From: Flectonema sp. DT1601
Lineage: Eukaryota
Direction of reading: 5' to 3'
Length of the DNA: 64,000 nucleotides
Assembly (NCBI GenBank): GCA_964019425.1
Contig: OZ025793.1
Location: forward strand, 186,001 to 250,000
In this document: in pieces, positions 10,783-20,538 of the stretch
How positions within the stretch are numbered: position 1 is the first letter of the stretch
Layout: each line of letters opens with the position of its first letter
Made by a program: the position numbers and the translations under genes
Notes under the pieces: model-generated
The model's database searches: none
Told to the model about the DNA's origin: nothing
Seen by the model: the letters and a program-made list of their open reading frames with translations, nothing else

Positions 10783-13700
10783 TCAAATGCGCAACTCAGA
10801 AACGAAGTCTTTCTTCTCCTCGTTGTTGACCGCAGGATGGCTCATCGTTGTCAGAGAGGTCATGTCGATACCTTGGTGACTAGCAGCGAAATCGTCAGCC
10901 GCCTTCGACCGTCTGTAGAACACGGTAGCAACAGCCACCAACACACATCCGGCAACCACCGACACAGCTGTTATCAAGATAGGAAGAAAACCCTTGCTGC
11001 TCTCATCTTCCTTCTTGCTCTTCTCTTCTTCTACCGCAGTTTCATCATCATCTGCAGCTCCTCTCTGCATCTCCCACTCTTCGTGCATGGCTACAACTCC
11101 GGGAAGTTGCTTCTTGTTGAAAGCGCGCACCAGTCCCACAGCGCTTCCCCCTTCGATTTCAAAAGCCACAACACTTCCTTCCTCCTTCCCATCGTTTTCC
11201 AGAGCAGCAGCCCTCCTCGAATCCGTGCCGTCAAGCTTCAAGCACGTCGAAGAATCTCCAACCGAAGCACCACCACAGCTCCCTTGTGGACAGGCGCTGC
11301 TCGGGCAGATGAATTTGAACGATATCTGAACCTCAGGATTAAATAACCCCTGCAGCATGTTTCCGAATTGCGTCTTCGCAAAGGAACCAATTCCCCTTCT
11401 CAACACCAACCGCACCAACTTTCTCGCTCTAGACGCCTCGCTCGCACTACCAAAGCATTTCGTCTTCCCAGCAGGACAGGTACCCGACTTCGGGATCGCA
11501 CTGCACGTGTTCTTTGCACCCTTTCCCCTACTCGTACAGTACACACCTCCCTTCTTCCCGCTTTCGCAATTTCCGCAAACAGGTGCCTTCTCCCCCAGCT
11601 CTCCCCCCGACACTGGAGGCTCGCTACTTCCGAATTCCCTGCAAGCCTCGCCTTCACAAGCTTTTGCACATCTAGCCGATCCCGCGCTTCTCTGAAAACA
11701 CTTCAGACCGTCAGAGCAGCAGTGCGGTGCGGCAATGCAACTTCCCCACTCCGAGATAGTCTCACCGCAGGCGTTGATTTGTTCTCCTTCCCCCCCTTCT
11801 CCCGGAAATGGTCCTTCCCCCCCTTCTCCTGGTCCTTCCCCTCCTTCTTCTGGTTGCGGAGTCGGTCCACCTTCTTCGCCTTCTTCATCAGGTTGGGGGG
11901 TAGGTTCGCCGCCACCTTCTTCTCCTTCAGGCTGCGGTGTTGGTGATTCGCCACCTTCTTCTCCTTCAGGTTGTGGAGTTGGCCCGCCACCTTCTTCTCC
12001 TTCAGGTTGTGGAGTTGGTCCGCCACCTTCTTCTCCTTCAGGTTGTGGAGTTGGTCCGCCACCTTCTTCTCCTTCAGGTTGTGGAGTTGGTCCGCCACCT
12101 TCTTCTCCTTCAGGTTGTGGAGTTGGTCCGCCACCTTCTTCTCCTTCAGGTTGTGGAGTTGGTCCGCCACCTTCTTCTCCTTCAGGTTGTGGAGTTGGTC
12201 CGCCACCTTCTTCTCCTTCCGGCTGCGGAGTTGGTTCGCCACCCTCTTCTCCTTCAGGTTGTGGAGTAGGTTCGCCACCCTCTTCTCCTTCAGGCTGCGG
12301 AGTTGGCCCACCTCCTTCTTCGGGTTGCGGAGTTGGTGATTCGCCTTCTGGCTGGGGGGTTGGCCCACCTCCTTCCTCAGGCTGCGGTGTTGGTGATTCA
12401 CCTTCTGGCTGGGGAGTTGGCCCACCTCCTTCTTCAGGTTGCGGTGTTGGTGATTCGCCTTCTGGCTGGGGAGTTGGCCCACCTCCTTCTTCAGGTTGCG
12501 GTGTTGGTGATTCTCCTTCCGGCTGCGGTGTTGGCGTTGGCTGGCCGCCTTCTTCGGGTTGTGGTGTTGGCTGGCCGGGTGGAGTTGGCGTTTCTCCTTC
12601 TGGCTGCGGTGTTGGCGTTGGTTGACTGCCATCTTCAGGTTGTGGTGTTGGCTGGCCGGGTGGAGTTGGCGTTTCTCCTTCTGGCTGCGGCGTTGGCGTT
12701 GGTTGACTGCCATCTTCAGGTTGTGGTGTTGGCTGGCCGGGTGGAGTTGGTGTTGGCTGGCCGGGTGGAGTTGGCGTTGGCTGGCCGGGTGGAGTTGGTG
12801 TTGGCTGGCCGGGTGGAGTTGGCGTTGGCTGGCCGGGTGGAGTTGGCGTTGGCTGACCGGGTGGAGTTGGCGTTTCTCCTTGTGGCTGCGGTGTTGGCGT
12901 TGGCTGGCCGGGTGGAGTTGGCGTTGGCTGGCTGGGTGGAGTTGGCGTTTCTCCTTCCGGCTGCGGTGTTGGTACAGTTGGCACAGCTGTTGGTACAATT
13001 GGCACAGCTGTTGGCACAGCTGTTGGCACGGATGTCGGTACAATTGGTACGGATGTTGGCACAGCTGTCGGTACGGATGTCGGTACAATTGGCACAGATG
13101 TTGGCACAGCTGTCGGTACGGATGTCGGTACAATTGGCACAGATGTCGGCACAGCTGTTGGCACGGATGTCGGTACAATTGGCACAGATGTTGGTACAGC
13201 TGTTGGCACGGATGTCGGTACAATTGGCACAGATGTTGGCACAGCTGTCGGTACGGATGTCGGTACAATTGGCACAGATGTCGGCACAGCTGTTGGTACG
13301 GATGTCGGCACAGCTGTTGGCTTTGGAGGCTGAGGTGGTGGTGTGTATGGCGGGCGAGGTGTGTATGGCGGGCGAGGTGTGCATGGTGGCGGCGGAGTCG
13401 GCACGCAGCCGGGCTTACCAGGTCGGGTTCTCCGTGAAGGAGGGGTTCTCCGTGAAGGAGGTCTTCTCCAACGATTAATCGAAGGCCCAGACGGTGTCGT
13501 CGGATTGGTCGGTGCAGGGAACGGCTTCGCCAACATGCCGTGTGAGAGCTCCTTGTCTGCAGGAAGCTGTTGCAGAAGCTTCTGCGTCAGGCCGTGCAGG
13601 AAAAACTGTCCCTTCGCATTTTTTCGGGGATCCGACGACTGGTAATTGAAGTCGACGTCAATTCCATCAAATCCCTGATTGAGTACGATATCAATAAGTT

Positions 13701-14112
13701 GCTTGGCTACAAACCCTTCCTTTCCAAAACAATATTCCCAGCAGTCGTTGCCAGTGGTGCTGCTGCCGCCACCGTTCCGTTGCGAACCGGAACCGTCCAT
13801 TCCGCCATCACCGAACTCCAAGATGACCTTCTTTCCATCCGACTGCCACTGCGATACCAGCATTGCGTTTGCTTGGTTGTCGCAAACCGGAACCGGACTC
13901 CCGATCTCACATTGAGTGTTACAGCTGTTCATACCGGGTGATCCGTCATAAGTTACCGCAGAGGAGATCAACAGCGTCTTGAACCCGTCGGTCTGATCAG
14001 CAGTCGGGCAGGTTTTCCAGTTCTCGACATACGCAGCACTGGTGGGGTTCTGAAAACAATCAGCTCCACGAGCGAGTGACAGGAGCAACAGTGGAATTCC
14101 TTCCTTAATCAT
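10783..14112 (-). CDS. Type I membrane pseudo-chitinase copy 1 (1109 aa): signal peptide, truncated GH18-like domain, Pro/Thr/Glu/Gly stalk, CBM1-like Cys module, TM helix
   Basis: Likely ATG at 14112 (MIKEGIPLLLLSLARGADC) after a pyrimidine tract/AACAG; KKVILEFGDG and FDGIDVDFN align to GH18 motifs SxGG and DxxDxDxE; TM FLPILITAVSVVAGCVLVAVATVFY followed by RR. Confidence 0.85.
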   Translation of the reverse strand: MIKEGIPLLLLSLARGADCFQNPTSAAYVENWKTCPTADQTDGFKTLLISSAVTYDGSPGMNSCNTQCEIGSPVPVCDNQANAMLVSQWQSDGKKVILEFGDGGMDGSGSQRNGGGSSTTGNDCWEYCFGKEGFVAKQLIDIVLNQGFDGIDVDFNYQSSDPRKNAKGQFFLHGLTQKLLQQLPADKELSHGMLAKPFPAPTNPTTPSGPSINRWRRPPSRRTPPSRRTRPGKPGCVPTPPPPCTPRPPYTPRPPYTPPPQPPKPTAVPTSVPTAVPTSVPIVPTSVPTAVPTSVPIVPTSVPTAVPTSVPIVPTSVPTAVPTSVPIVPTSVPTAVPTSVPIVPTSVPTAVPTSVPIVPTSVPTAVPTAVPIVPTAVPTVPTPQPEGETPTPPSQPTPTPPGQPTPTPQPQGETPTPPGQPTPTPPGQPTPTPPGQPTPTPPGQPTPTPPGQPTPTPPGQPTPQPEDGSQPTPTPQPEGETPTPPGQPTPQPEDGSQPTPTPQPEGETPTPPGQPTPQPEEGGQPTPTPQPEGESPTPQPEEGGGPTPQPEGESPTPQPEEGGGPTPQPEGESPTPQPEEGGGPTPQPEGESPTPQPEEGGGPTPQPEGEEGGEPTPQPEGEEGGEPTPQPEGEEGGGPTPQPEGEEGGGPTPQPEGEEGGGPTPQPEGEEGGGPTPQPEGEEGGGPTPQPEGEEGGGPTPQPEGEEGGGPTPQPEGEEGGESPTPQPEGEEGGGEPTPQPDEEGEEGGPTPQPEEGGEGPGEGGEGPFPGEGGEGEQINACGETISEWGSCIAAPHCCSDGLKCFQRSAGSARCAKACEGEACREFGSSEPPVSGGELGEKAPVCGNCESGKKGGVYCTSRGKGAKNTCSAIPKSGTCPAGKTKCFGSASEASRARKLVRLVLRRGIGSFAKTQFGNMLQGLFNPEVQISFKFICPSSACPQGSCGGASVGDSSTCLKLDGTDSRRAAALENDGKEEGSVVAFEIEGGSAVGLVRAFNKKQLPGVVAMHEEWEMQRGAADDDETAVEEEKSKKEDESSKGFLPILITAVSVVAGCVLVAVATVFYRRSKAADDFAASHQGIDMTSLTTMSHPAVNNEEKKDFVSELRI
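11890..13320. repeat. Coding minisatellites of the stalk (36-bp, 24-bp and mixed 12/33-bp units); present in each gene copy
   Basis: Tandem units such as CCGCCACCTTCTTCTCCTTCAGGTTGTGGAGTTGGT (36 bp) and GGCTGGCCGGGTGGAGTTGGCGTT (24 bp). Confidence 0.95.
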
Positions 14113-14382
14113 GTTTCGTGTTTTAAGAAGCAAACTGTTTAGTGAAAATAATAAGGGAAAGCAACAAGGGAATTCACCAATAATATTCCAATCAACATAT
14201 CGTAATGTAAGTATCGAATACAGTGACAGCAAATACTGTCAAAAGTGTTTTAGTAGTTTTAAATAAATGAACGTAGTCTCCAGAAACCAGATCTGCTGCC
14301 GTACTGGTACAAACTTTCCATTACTTTCATTCCTTCCGTTGACGACCTTCTCAACTCCGGCTTAGGTTATCTCTGATATGTA

Positions 14383-15020
14383 TGTTTCGCTTCCAGAGTC
14401 TCCATTTAGAGTTCCGTTTTTTTTTTTTTTCTCTTCCCCAATCGAACAACTAGGTTTCAGGGAGAGTGTGCTGTTCGACAAATAAACCACAGGTATCTAG
14501 GACCTCCTTACGATGCGTTATGAAATTAGTAGTCCACCACATCCTGCCAAGTAAGTCCATTTACTGTTGAAGGAGGCATTAGTATAGAATAAAGGACAAA
14601 ACAAGTGATTGGAATCTTGGAACAAAGGGAGTATCCCGACTACTGCACTGAAGTGGCAACAGCCAGGGCTGAGGAGTTCCTCCCCCTCAAAACAAGGCAG
14701 AGATTGGTTTTCATGACTCTCGCAACCCTCCAACGCCTCTCAGAGATGTCTTCCCGACGAGAAGGGTTAATTAAAAGTTGCTCTTTGTTTGTTTTTTCTT
14801 CTTTCCATATATTCAGGAATGATCTCCGAAGTGTTTCCCGCTGGAGAGAATACTTTCAACTCAACCCAGCAGAATTGCACTCCGTTCTACACGTGAACAG
14901 CAGTTTCTCGCAAACTCGACCAGACGAGAATCAAATAATAATATGATCTTTGACAACAGAGAGAGACCTCTGCAGCACAACAACAGCTGCAGGTCCTTGG
15001 GAGCCGTCACTACGAAAACA
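14383..15020. mobile_element. ~638-bp TG...CA module, full copy (also 20809-21446, 30424-31061, 40018-40655, 49611-50248)
   Basis: Essentially identical to 9201-9837 but with different flanks on both sides. Confidence 0.55.
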
Positions 15021-15315
15021 GGTTTCAGAGAGAGAGAGTGTGTGTGTGTGTTATTTGATGAAAGAGTATGTAGGATCACACCAAGGCACAGTAAACACAT
15101 TTCAGAATAGTGTAGATGTGCTGGTTAAATGTGATTCTTACTTTGCTATTGCGCGGTTGATAATACTGTTGAATTGAGATCGGGCTCAGTGCAATCAGCC
15201 TGTCCAGCGCGTTTATTCAATCATGAGATTCGTGAAACTTTTACACCTCAGTTTATGACATCACACAAGTTACGCGAGACATCGTCCCCTTACATTAATT
15301 ATAATATACGAGAAC

Positions 15316-15619
15316 TAAACCACAGGTATCTAGGACCTCCTTACGATGCGTTATGAAATTAGTAGTCCACCACATCCTGCCAAGTAAGTCCATTTACTGT
15401 TGAAGGAGGCATTAGTATAGAATAAAGGACAAAACAAGTGATTGGAATCTTGGAACAAAGGGAGTATCCTGACTACTGCACTGAAGTGGCAACAGCCAGG
15501 GCTGAGGAGTTCCTCCCCCTCAAAACAAGGCAGAGATTGGTTTTCATGACTCTCGCAACCCTCCAACGCCTCTCAGGGATGTCTTCCCGACGAGAAGGGT
15601 TAATTAAAAGTTGCTCTTT
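15316..15619. repeat. Internal partial copy of the module (one per unit)
   Basis: TAAACCACAGG...GTTGCTCTTT matches the module interior; flanked by unrelated ~295-bp and ~226-bp spacers. Confidence 0.9.
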
Positions 15620-15728
15620 TCGCTTACATTACAAATTGCTATCACAAAAGCAAGTGAGTGTACGACACGCAGGCAGATGGCGACAGAAAGCATACAAACG
15701 ACTACAATGAAGTTGGGAATAACAGAGA

Positions 15729-15828
15729 GCTCAGAGAATGTCAACGCTGTGTAGAATTACGAAAGTATCCGCAACACCCTTTTCGGGATTCGGAGTCCAG
15801 TGCCCTGGTATAATTCTATCATCATAGC
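15729..15828 (-). ncRNA. Candidate C/D-box structured RNA (also 22155-22254, 31770-31869, 41363-41462, 50956-51055)
   Basis: Minus strand: gctATGATGA at the 5' end and CTGAgc at the 3' end; 8-bp stem TAGAATTA/TAATTCTA enclosing a GGCA (GNRA) hairpin and a GAAAA-loop hairpin. Confidence 0.35.
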
Positions 15829-15845
15829 AACAGGAAGATTAAAAT

Positions 15846-16263
15846 AAGTGATTGGAATCTTGGAACAAAGGGAGTATCCTGACTACTGCACTGAAGTGGC
15901 AACAGCCAGGGCTGAGGAGTTCCTCCCCCTCAAAACAAGGCAGAGATTGGTTTTCATGACTCTCGCAACCCTCCAACGCCTCTCAGAGATGTCTTCCCGA
16001 CGAGAAGGGTTAATTAAAAGTTGCTCTTTGTTTGTTTTTTCTTCTTTCCATATATTCAGGAATGATCTCCGAAGTGTTTCCCGCTGGAGAGAATACTTTC
16101 AACTCAACCCAGCAGAATTGCACTCCGTTCTACACGTGAACAGCAGTTTCTCGCAAACTCGACCAGACGAGAATCAAATAATAATATGATCTTTGACAAC
16201 AGAGAGAGACCTCTGCAGCACAACAACAGCTGCAGGTCCTTGGGAGCCGTCACTACGAAAACA
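15846..16263. repeat. 5'-truncated copy of the module ending at the CA terminus (also 22272-22689 and later units)
   Basis: AAGTGATTGG...CGAAAACA identical to the module's right part. Confidence 0.9.
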
Positions 16264-17035
16264 GTTAGTTATGAAAAAAGTTAAAATCATTTCTCCCCCT
16301 TTCTCGCATACTTTTAACGATACCCTGATAAAGAAATAAAAATGAGTTGTAACGCAGCAGCTAATGATTAGCCATCTAAGAATAAGAAGACAGAGTGTTA
16401 GCTAATGTTATATTATGCAGGCACCGTCAAAAAGGATATCGGGGCAAGAATGTCTTCAACCGTTGCATTCCCAACCCGAAAGTCAATTAAGTTACCATCA
16501 TCAGTTAGAGCGCATTGGTATGTTAGGCATCGATCATCGATATATTGGGTAAAGTGGTGTAGAGTGAGGCACCATCGTGCAGTTGGGTGCACGGTGATTG
16601 AAAAGAAAATTAAAAAGGTGTGTCACTTTGAAGCACTACGTCACCAACACAATAGTGGGACAGGCAAACAAGTGATCGTCGATCACCCCAACAGTCAGTA
16701 AGATTGAGTGAGTGAGTGAGTGGCCTTGCAAGGGAACAAATTAAGCTTGACAGGCCTCCCCTTTTTCCATTTAACTAAAAGGGTTGCATGGTGATCGTCG
16801 GTCACCCTAACAGAGCAATACATCAGTAAGAGGGGGTGAGGAAGTGAGGAGTGAGTTTGAGAAATAAAACCTTGCAGGCTAATATTCCTCCCCTGTTTTT
16901 TTCAGGGTATATAATTTTATAAAGGGATTAACGAAAGAGGAAGCAAAATGAGCCAAGCGGGCCTTCTGCAATCCGCTAGTAATATAATACTGGAGAGGAA
17001 ATCATAATTAAAACACATCATTTTATATAAAACAT

Positions 17036-17067
<32 letters not shown>

Positions 17068-17208
17068 CTTGATTTGATTTGATTGTATGAAGATACTCGT
17101 TGAAAAAGGAATTGTCCAACAAAGGGAACTCTATTTTCTAGCGAATTCTCACCTGAAAGTCGCATCATCTTCAAAACTGCTAGTTATTTTATTAGAGTCC
17201 CGCTTTGC

Positions 17209-20200
17209 TCAAATGCGCAACTCAGAAACGAAGTCTTTCTTCTCCTCGTTGTTGACCGCAGGATGGCTCATCGTTGTCAGAGAGGTCATGTCGATACCTT
17301 GGTGACTAGCAGCGAAATCGTCAGCCGCCTTCGACCGTCTGTAGAACACGGTAGCAACAGCCACCAACACACATCCGGCAACCACCGACACAGCTGTTAT
17401 CAAGATAGGAAGAAAACCCTTGCTGCTCTCATCTTCCTTCTTGCTCTTCTCTTCTTCTACCGCAGTTTCATCATCATCTGCAGCTCCTCTCTGCATCTCC
17501 CACTCTTCGTGCATGGCTACAACTCCGGGAAGTTGCTTCTTGTTGAAAGCGCGCACCAGTCCCACAGCGCTTCCCCCTTCGATTTCAAAAGCCACAACAC
17601 TTCCTTCCTCCTTCCCATCGTTTTCCAGAGCAGCAGCCCTCCTCGAATCCGTGCCGTCAAGCTTCAAGCACGTCGAAGAATCTCCAACCGAAGCACCACC
17701 ACAGCTCCCTTGTGGACAGGCGCTGCTCGGGCAGATGAATTTGAACGATATCTGAACCTCAGGATTAAATAACCCCTGCAGCATGTTTCCGAATTGCGTC
17801 TTCGCAAAGGAACCAATTCCCCTTCTCAACACCAACCGCACCAACTTTCTCGCTCTAGACGCCTCGCTCGCACTACCAAAGCATTTCGTCTTCCCAGCAG
17901 GACAGGTACCCGACTTCGGGATCGCACTGCACGTGTTCTTTGCACCCTTTCCCCTACTCGTACAGTACACACCTCCCTTCTTCCCGCTTTCGCAATTTCC
18001 GCAAACAGGTGCCTTCTCCCCCAGCTCTCCCCCCGACACTGGAGGCTCGCTACTTCCGAATTCCCTGCAAGCCTCGCCTTCACAAGCTTTTGCACATCTA
18101 GCCGATCCCGCGCTTCTCTGAAAACACTTCAGACCGTCAGAGCAGCAGTGCGGTGCGGCAATGCAACTTCCCCACTCCGAGATAGTCTCACCGCAGGCGT
18201 TGATTTGTTCTCCTTCCCCCCCTTCTCCCGGAAATGGTCCTTCCCCCCCTTCTCCTGGTCCTTCCCCTCCTTCTTCTGGTTGCGGAGTCGGTCCACCTTC
18301 TTCGCCTTCTTCATCAGGTTGGGGGGTAGGTTCGCCGCCACCTTCTTCTCCTTCAGGCTGCGGTGTTGGTGATTCGCCACCTTCTTCTCCTTCAGGTTGT
18401 GGAGTTGGCCCGCCACCTTCTTCTCCTTCAGGTTGTGGAGTTGGTCCGCCACCTTCTTCTCCTTCAGGTTGTGGAGTTGGTCCGCCACCTTCTTCTCCTT
18501 CAGGTTGTGGAGTTGGTCCGCCACCTTCTTCTCCTTCAGGTTGTGGAGTTGGTCCGCCACCTTCTTCTCCTTCAGGTTGTGGAGTTGGTCCGCCACCTTC
18601 TTCTCCTTCAGGTTGTGGAGTTGGTCCGCCACCTTCTTCTCCTTCCGGCTGCGGAGTTGGTTCGCCACCCTCTTCTCCTTCAGGTTGTGGAGTAGGTTCG
18701 CCACCCTCTTCTCCTTCAGGCTGCGGAGTTGGCCCACCTCCTTCTTCGGGTTGCGGAGTTGGTGATTCGCCTTCTGGCTGGGGGGTTGGCCCACCTCCTT
18801 CCTCAGGCTGCGGTGTTGGTGATTCACCTTCTGGCTGGGGAGTTGGCCCACCTCCTTCTTCAGGTTGCGGTGTTGGTGATTCGCCTTCTGGCTGGGGAGT
18901 TGGCCCACCTCCTTCTTCAGGTTGCGGTGTTGGTGATTCTCCTTCCGGCTGCGGTGTTGGCGTTGGCTGGCCGCCTTCTTCGGGTTGTGGTGTTGGCTGG
19001 CCGGGTGGAGTTGGCGTTTCTCCTTCTGGCTGCGGTGTTGGCGTTGGTTGACTGCCATCTTCAGGTTGTGGTGTTGGCTGGCCGGGTGGAGTTGGCGTTT
19101 CTCCTTCTGGCTGCGGCGTTGGCGTTGGTTGACTGCCATCTTCAGGTTGTGGTGTTGGCTGGCCGGGTGGAGTTGGTGTTGGCTGGCCGGGTGGAGTTGG
19201 CGTTGGCTGGCCGGGTGGAGTTGGTGTTGGCTGGCCGGGTGGAGTTGGCGTTGGCTGGCCGGGTGGAGTTGGCGTTGGCTGACCGGGTGGAGTTGGCGTT
19301 TCTCCTTGTGGCTGCGGTGTTGGCGTTGGCTGGCCGGGTGGAGTTGGCGTTGGCTGGCTGGGTGGAGTTGGCGTTTCTCCTTCCGGCTGCGGTGTTGGTA
19401 CAGTTGGCACAGCTGTTGGTACAATTGGCACAGCTGTTGGCACAGCTGTTGGCACGGATGTCGGTACAATTGGTACGGATGTTGGCACAGCTGTCGGTAC
19501 GGATGTCGGTACAATTGGCACAGATGTTGGCACAGCTGTCGGTACGGATGTCGGTACAATTGGCACAGATGTCGGCACAGCTGTTGGCACGGATGTCGGT
19601 ACAATTGGCACAGATGTTGGTACAGCTGTTGGCACGGATGTCGGTACAATTGGCACAGATGTTGGCACAGCTGTCGGTACGGATGTCGGTACAATTGGCA
19701 CAGATGTCGGCACAGCTGTTGGTACGGATGTCGGCACAGCTGTTGGCTTTGGAGGCTGAGGTGGTGGTGTGTATGGCGGGCGAGGTGTGTATGGCGGGCG
19801 AGGTGTGCATGGTGGCGGCGGAGTCGGCACGCAGCCGGGCTTACCAGGTCGGGTTCTCCGTGAAGGAGGGGTTCTCCGTGAAGGAGGTCTTCTCCAACGA
19901 TTAATCGAAGGCCCAGACGGTGTCGTCGGATTGGTCGGTGCAGGGAACGGCTTCGCCAACATGCCGTGTGAGAGCTCCTTGTCTGCAGGAAGCTGTTGCA
20001 GAAGCTTCTGCGTCAGGCCGTGCAGGAAAAACTGTCCCTTCGCATTTTTTCGGGGATCCGACGACTGGTAATTGAAGTCGACGTCAATTCCATCAAATCC
20101 CTGATTGAGTACGATATCAATAAGTTGCTTGGCTACAAACCCTTCCTTTCCAAAACAATATTCCCAGCAGTCGTTGCCAGTGGTGCTGCTGCCGCCACCG

Positions 20201-20538
20201 TTCCGTTGCGAACCGGAACCGTCCATTCCGCCATCACCGAACTCCAAGATGACCTTCTTTCCATCCGACTGCCACTGCGATACCAGCATTGCGTTTGCTT
20301 GGTTGTCGCAAACCGGAACCGGACTCCCGATCTCACATTGAGTGTTACAGCTGTTCATACCGGGTGATCCGTCATAAGTTACCGCAGAGGAGATCAACAG
20401 CGTCTTGAACCCGTCGGTCTGATCAGCAGTCGGGCAGGTTTTCCAGTTCTCGACATACGCAGCACTGGTGGGGTTCTGAAAACAATCAGCTCCACGAGCG
20501 AGTGACAGGAGCAACAGTGGAATTCCTTCCTTAATCAT
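17209..20538 (-). CDS. Membrane pseudo-chitinase copy 2 (1109 aa)
   Basis: Same translation as copy 1. Confidence 0.85.
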   Translation of the reverse strand: MIKEGIPLLLLSLARGADCFQNPTSAAYVENWKTCPTADQTDGFKTLLISSAVTYDGSPGMNSCNTQCEIGSPVPVCDNQANAMLVSQWQSDGKKVILEFGDGGMDGSGSQRNGGGSSTTGNDCWEYCFGKEGFVAKQLIDIVLNQGFDGIDVDFNYQSSDPRKNAKGQFFLHGLTQKLLQQLPADKELSHGMLAKPFPAPTNPTTPSGPSINRWRRPPSRRTPPSRRTRPGKPGCVPTPPPPCTPRPPYTPRPPYTPPPQPPKPTAVPTSVPTAVPTSVPIVPTSVPTAVPTSVPIVPTSVPTAVPTSVPIVPTSVPTAVPTSVPIVPTSVPTAVPTSVPIVPTSVPTAVPTSVPIVPTSVPTAVPTAVPIVPTAVPTVPTPQPEGETPTPPSQPTPTPPGQPTPTPQPQGETPTPPGQPTPTPPGQPTPTPPGQPTPTPPGQPTPTPPGQPTPTPPGQPTPQPEDGSQPTPTPQPEGETPTPPGQPTPQPEDGSQPTPTPQPEGETPTPPGQPTPQPEEGGQPTPTPQPEGESPTPQPEEGGGPTPQPEGESPTPQPEEGGGPTPQPEGESPTPQPEEGGGPTPQPEGESPTPQPEEGGGPTPQPEGEEGGEPTPQPEGEEGGEPTPQPEGEEGGGPTPQPEGEEGGGPTPQPEGEEGGGPTPQPEGEEGGGPTPQPEGEEGGGPTPQPEGEEGGGPTPQPEGEEGGGPTPQPEGEEGGESPTPQPEGEEGGGEPTPQPDEEGEEGGPTPQPEEGGEGPGEGGEGPFPGEGGEGEQINACGETISEWGSCIAAPHCCSDGLKCFQRSAGSARCAKACEGEACREFGSSEPPVSGGELGEKAPVCGNCESGKKGGVYCTSRGKGAKNTCSAIPKSGTCPAGKTKCFGSASEASRARKLVRLVLRRGIGSFAKTQFGNMLQGLFNPEVQISFKFICPSSACPQGSCGGASVGDSSTCLKLDGTDSRRAAALENDGKEEGSVVAFEIEGGSAVGLVRAFNKKQLPGVVAMHEEWEMQRGAADDDETAVEEEKSKKEDESSKGFLPILITAVSVVAGCVLVAVATVFYRRSKAADDFAASHQGIDMTSLTTMSHPAVNNEEKKDFVSELRI

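Noticed and set aside
11703..13478. Long alternative-frame and antisense ORFs (521, 391, 296, 292, 222 aa) over the stalk, repeated in each copy
   Set aside because: Shadows of stop-poor tandem repeats whose unit lengths are multiples of 3; no independent coding signal
14113..14232. 40-aa N-terminal extension in the ORF track
   Set aside because: Begins at TTG and spans the pyrimidine tract and acceptor; the signal peptide starts at ATG 14112
15021..15031. GGTTTCAGAG after the CA end resembling a tRNA-iMet primer-binding site
   Set aside because: Lacks the initial T, has a mismatch, runs into a (GA)n microsatellite and has no matching polypurine tract
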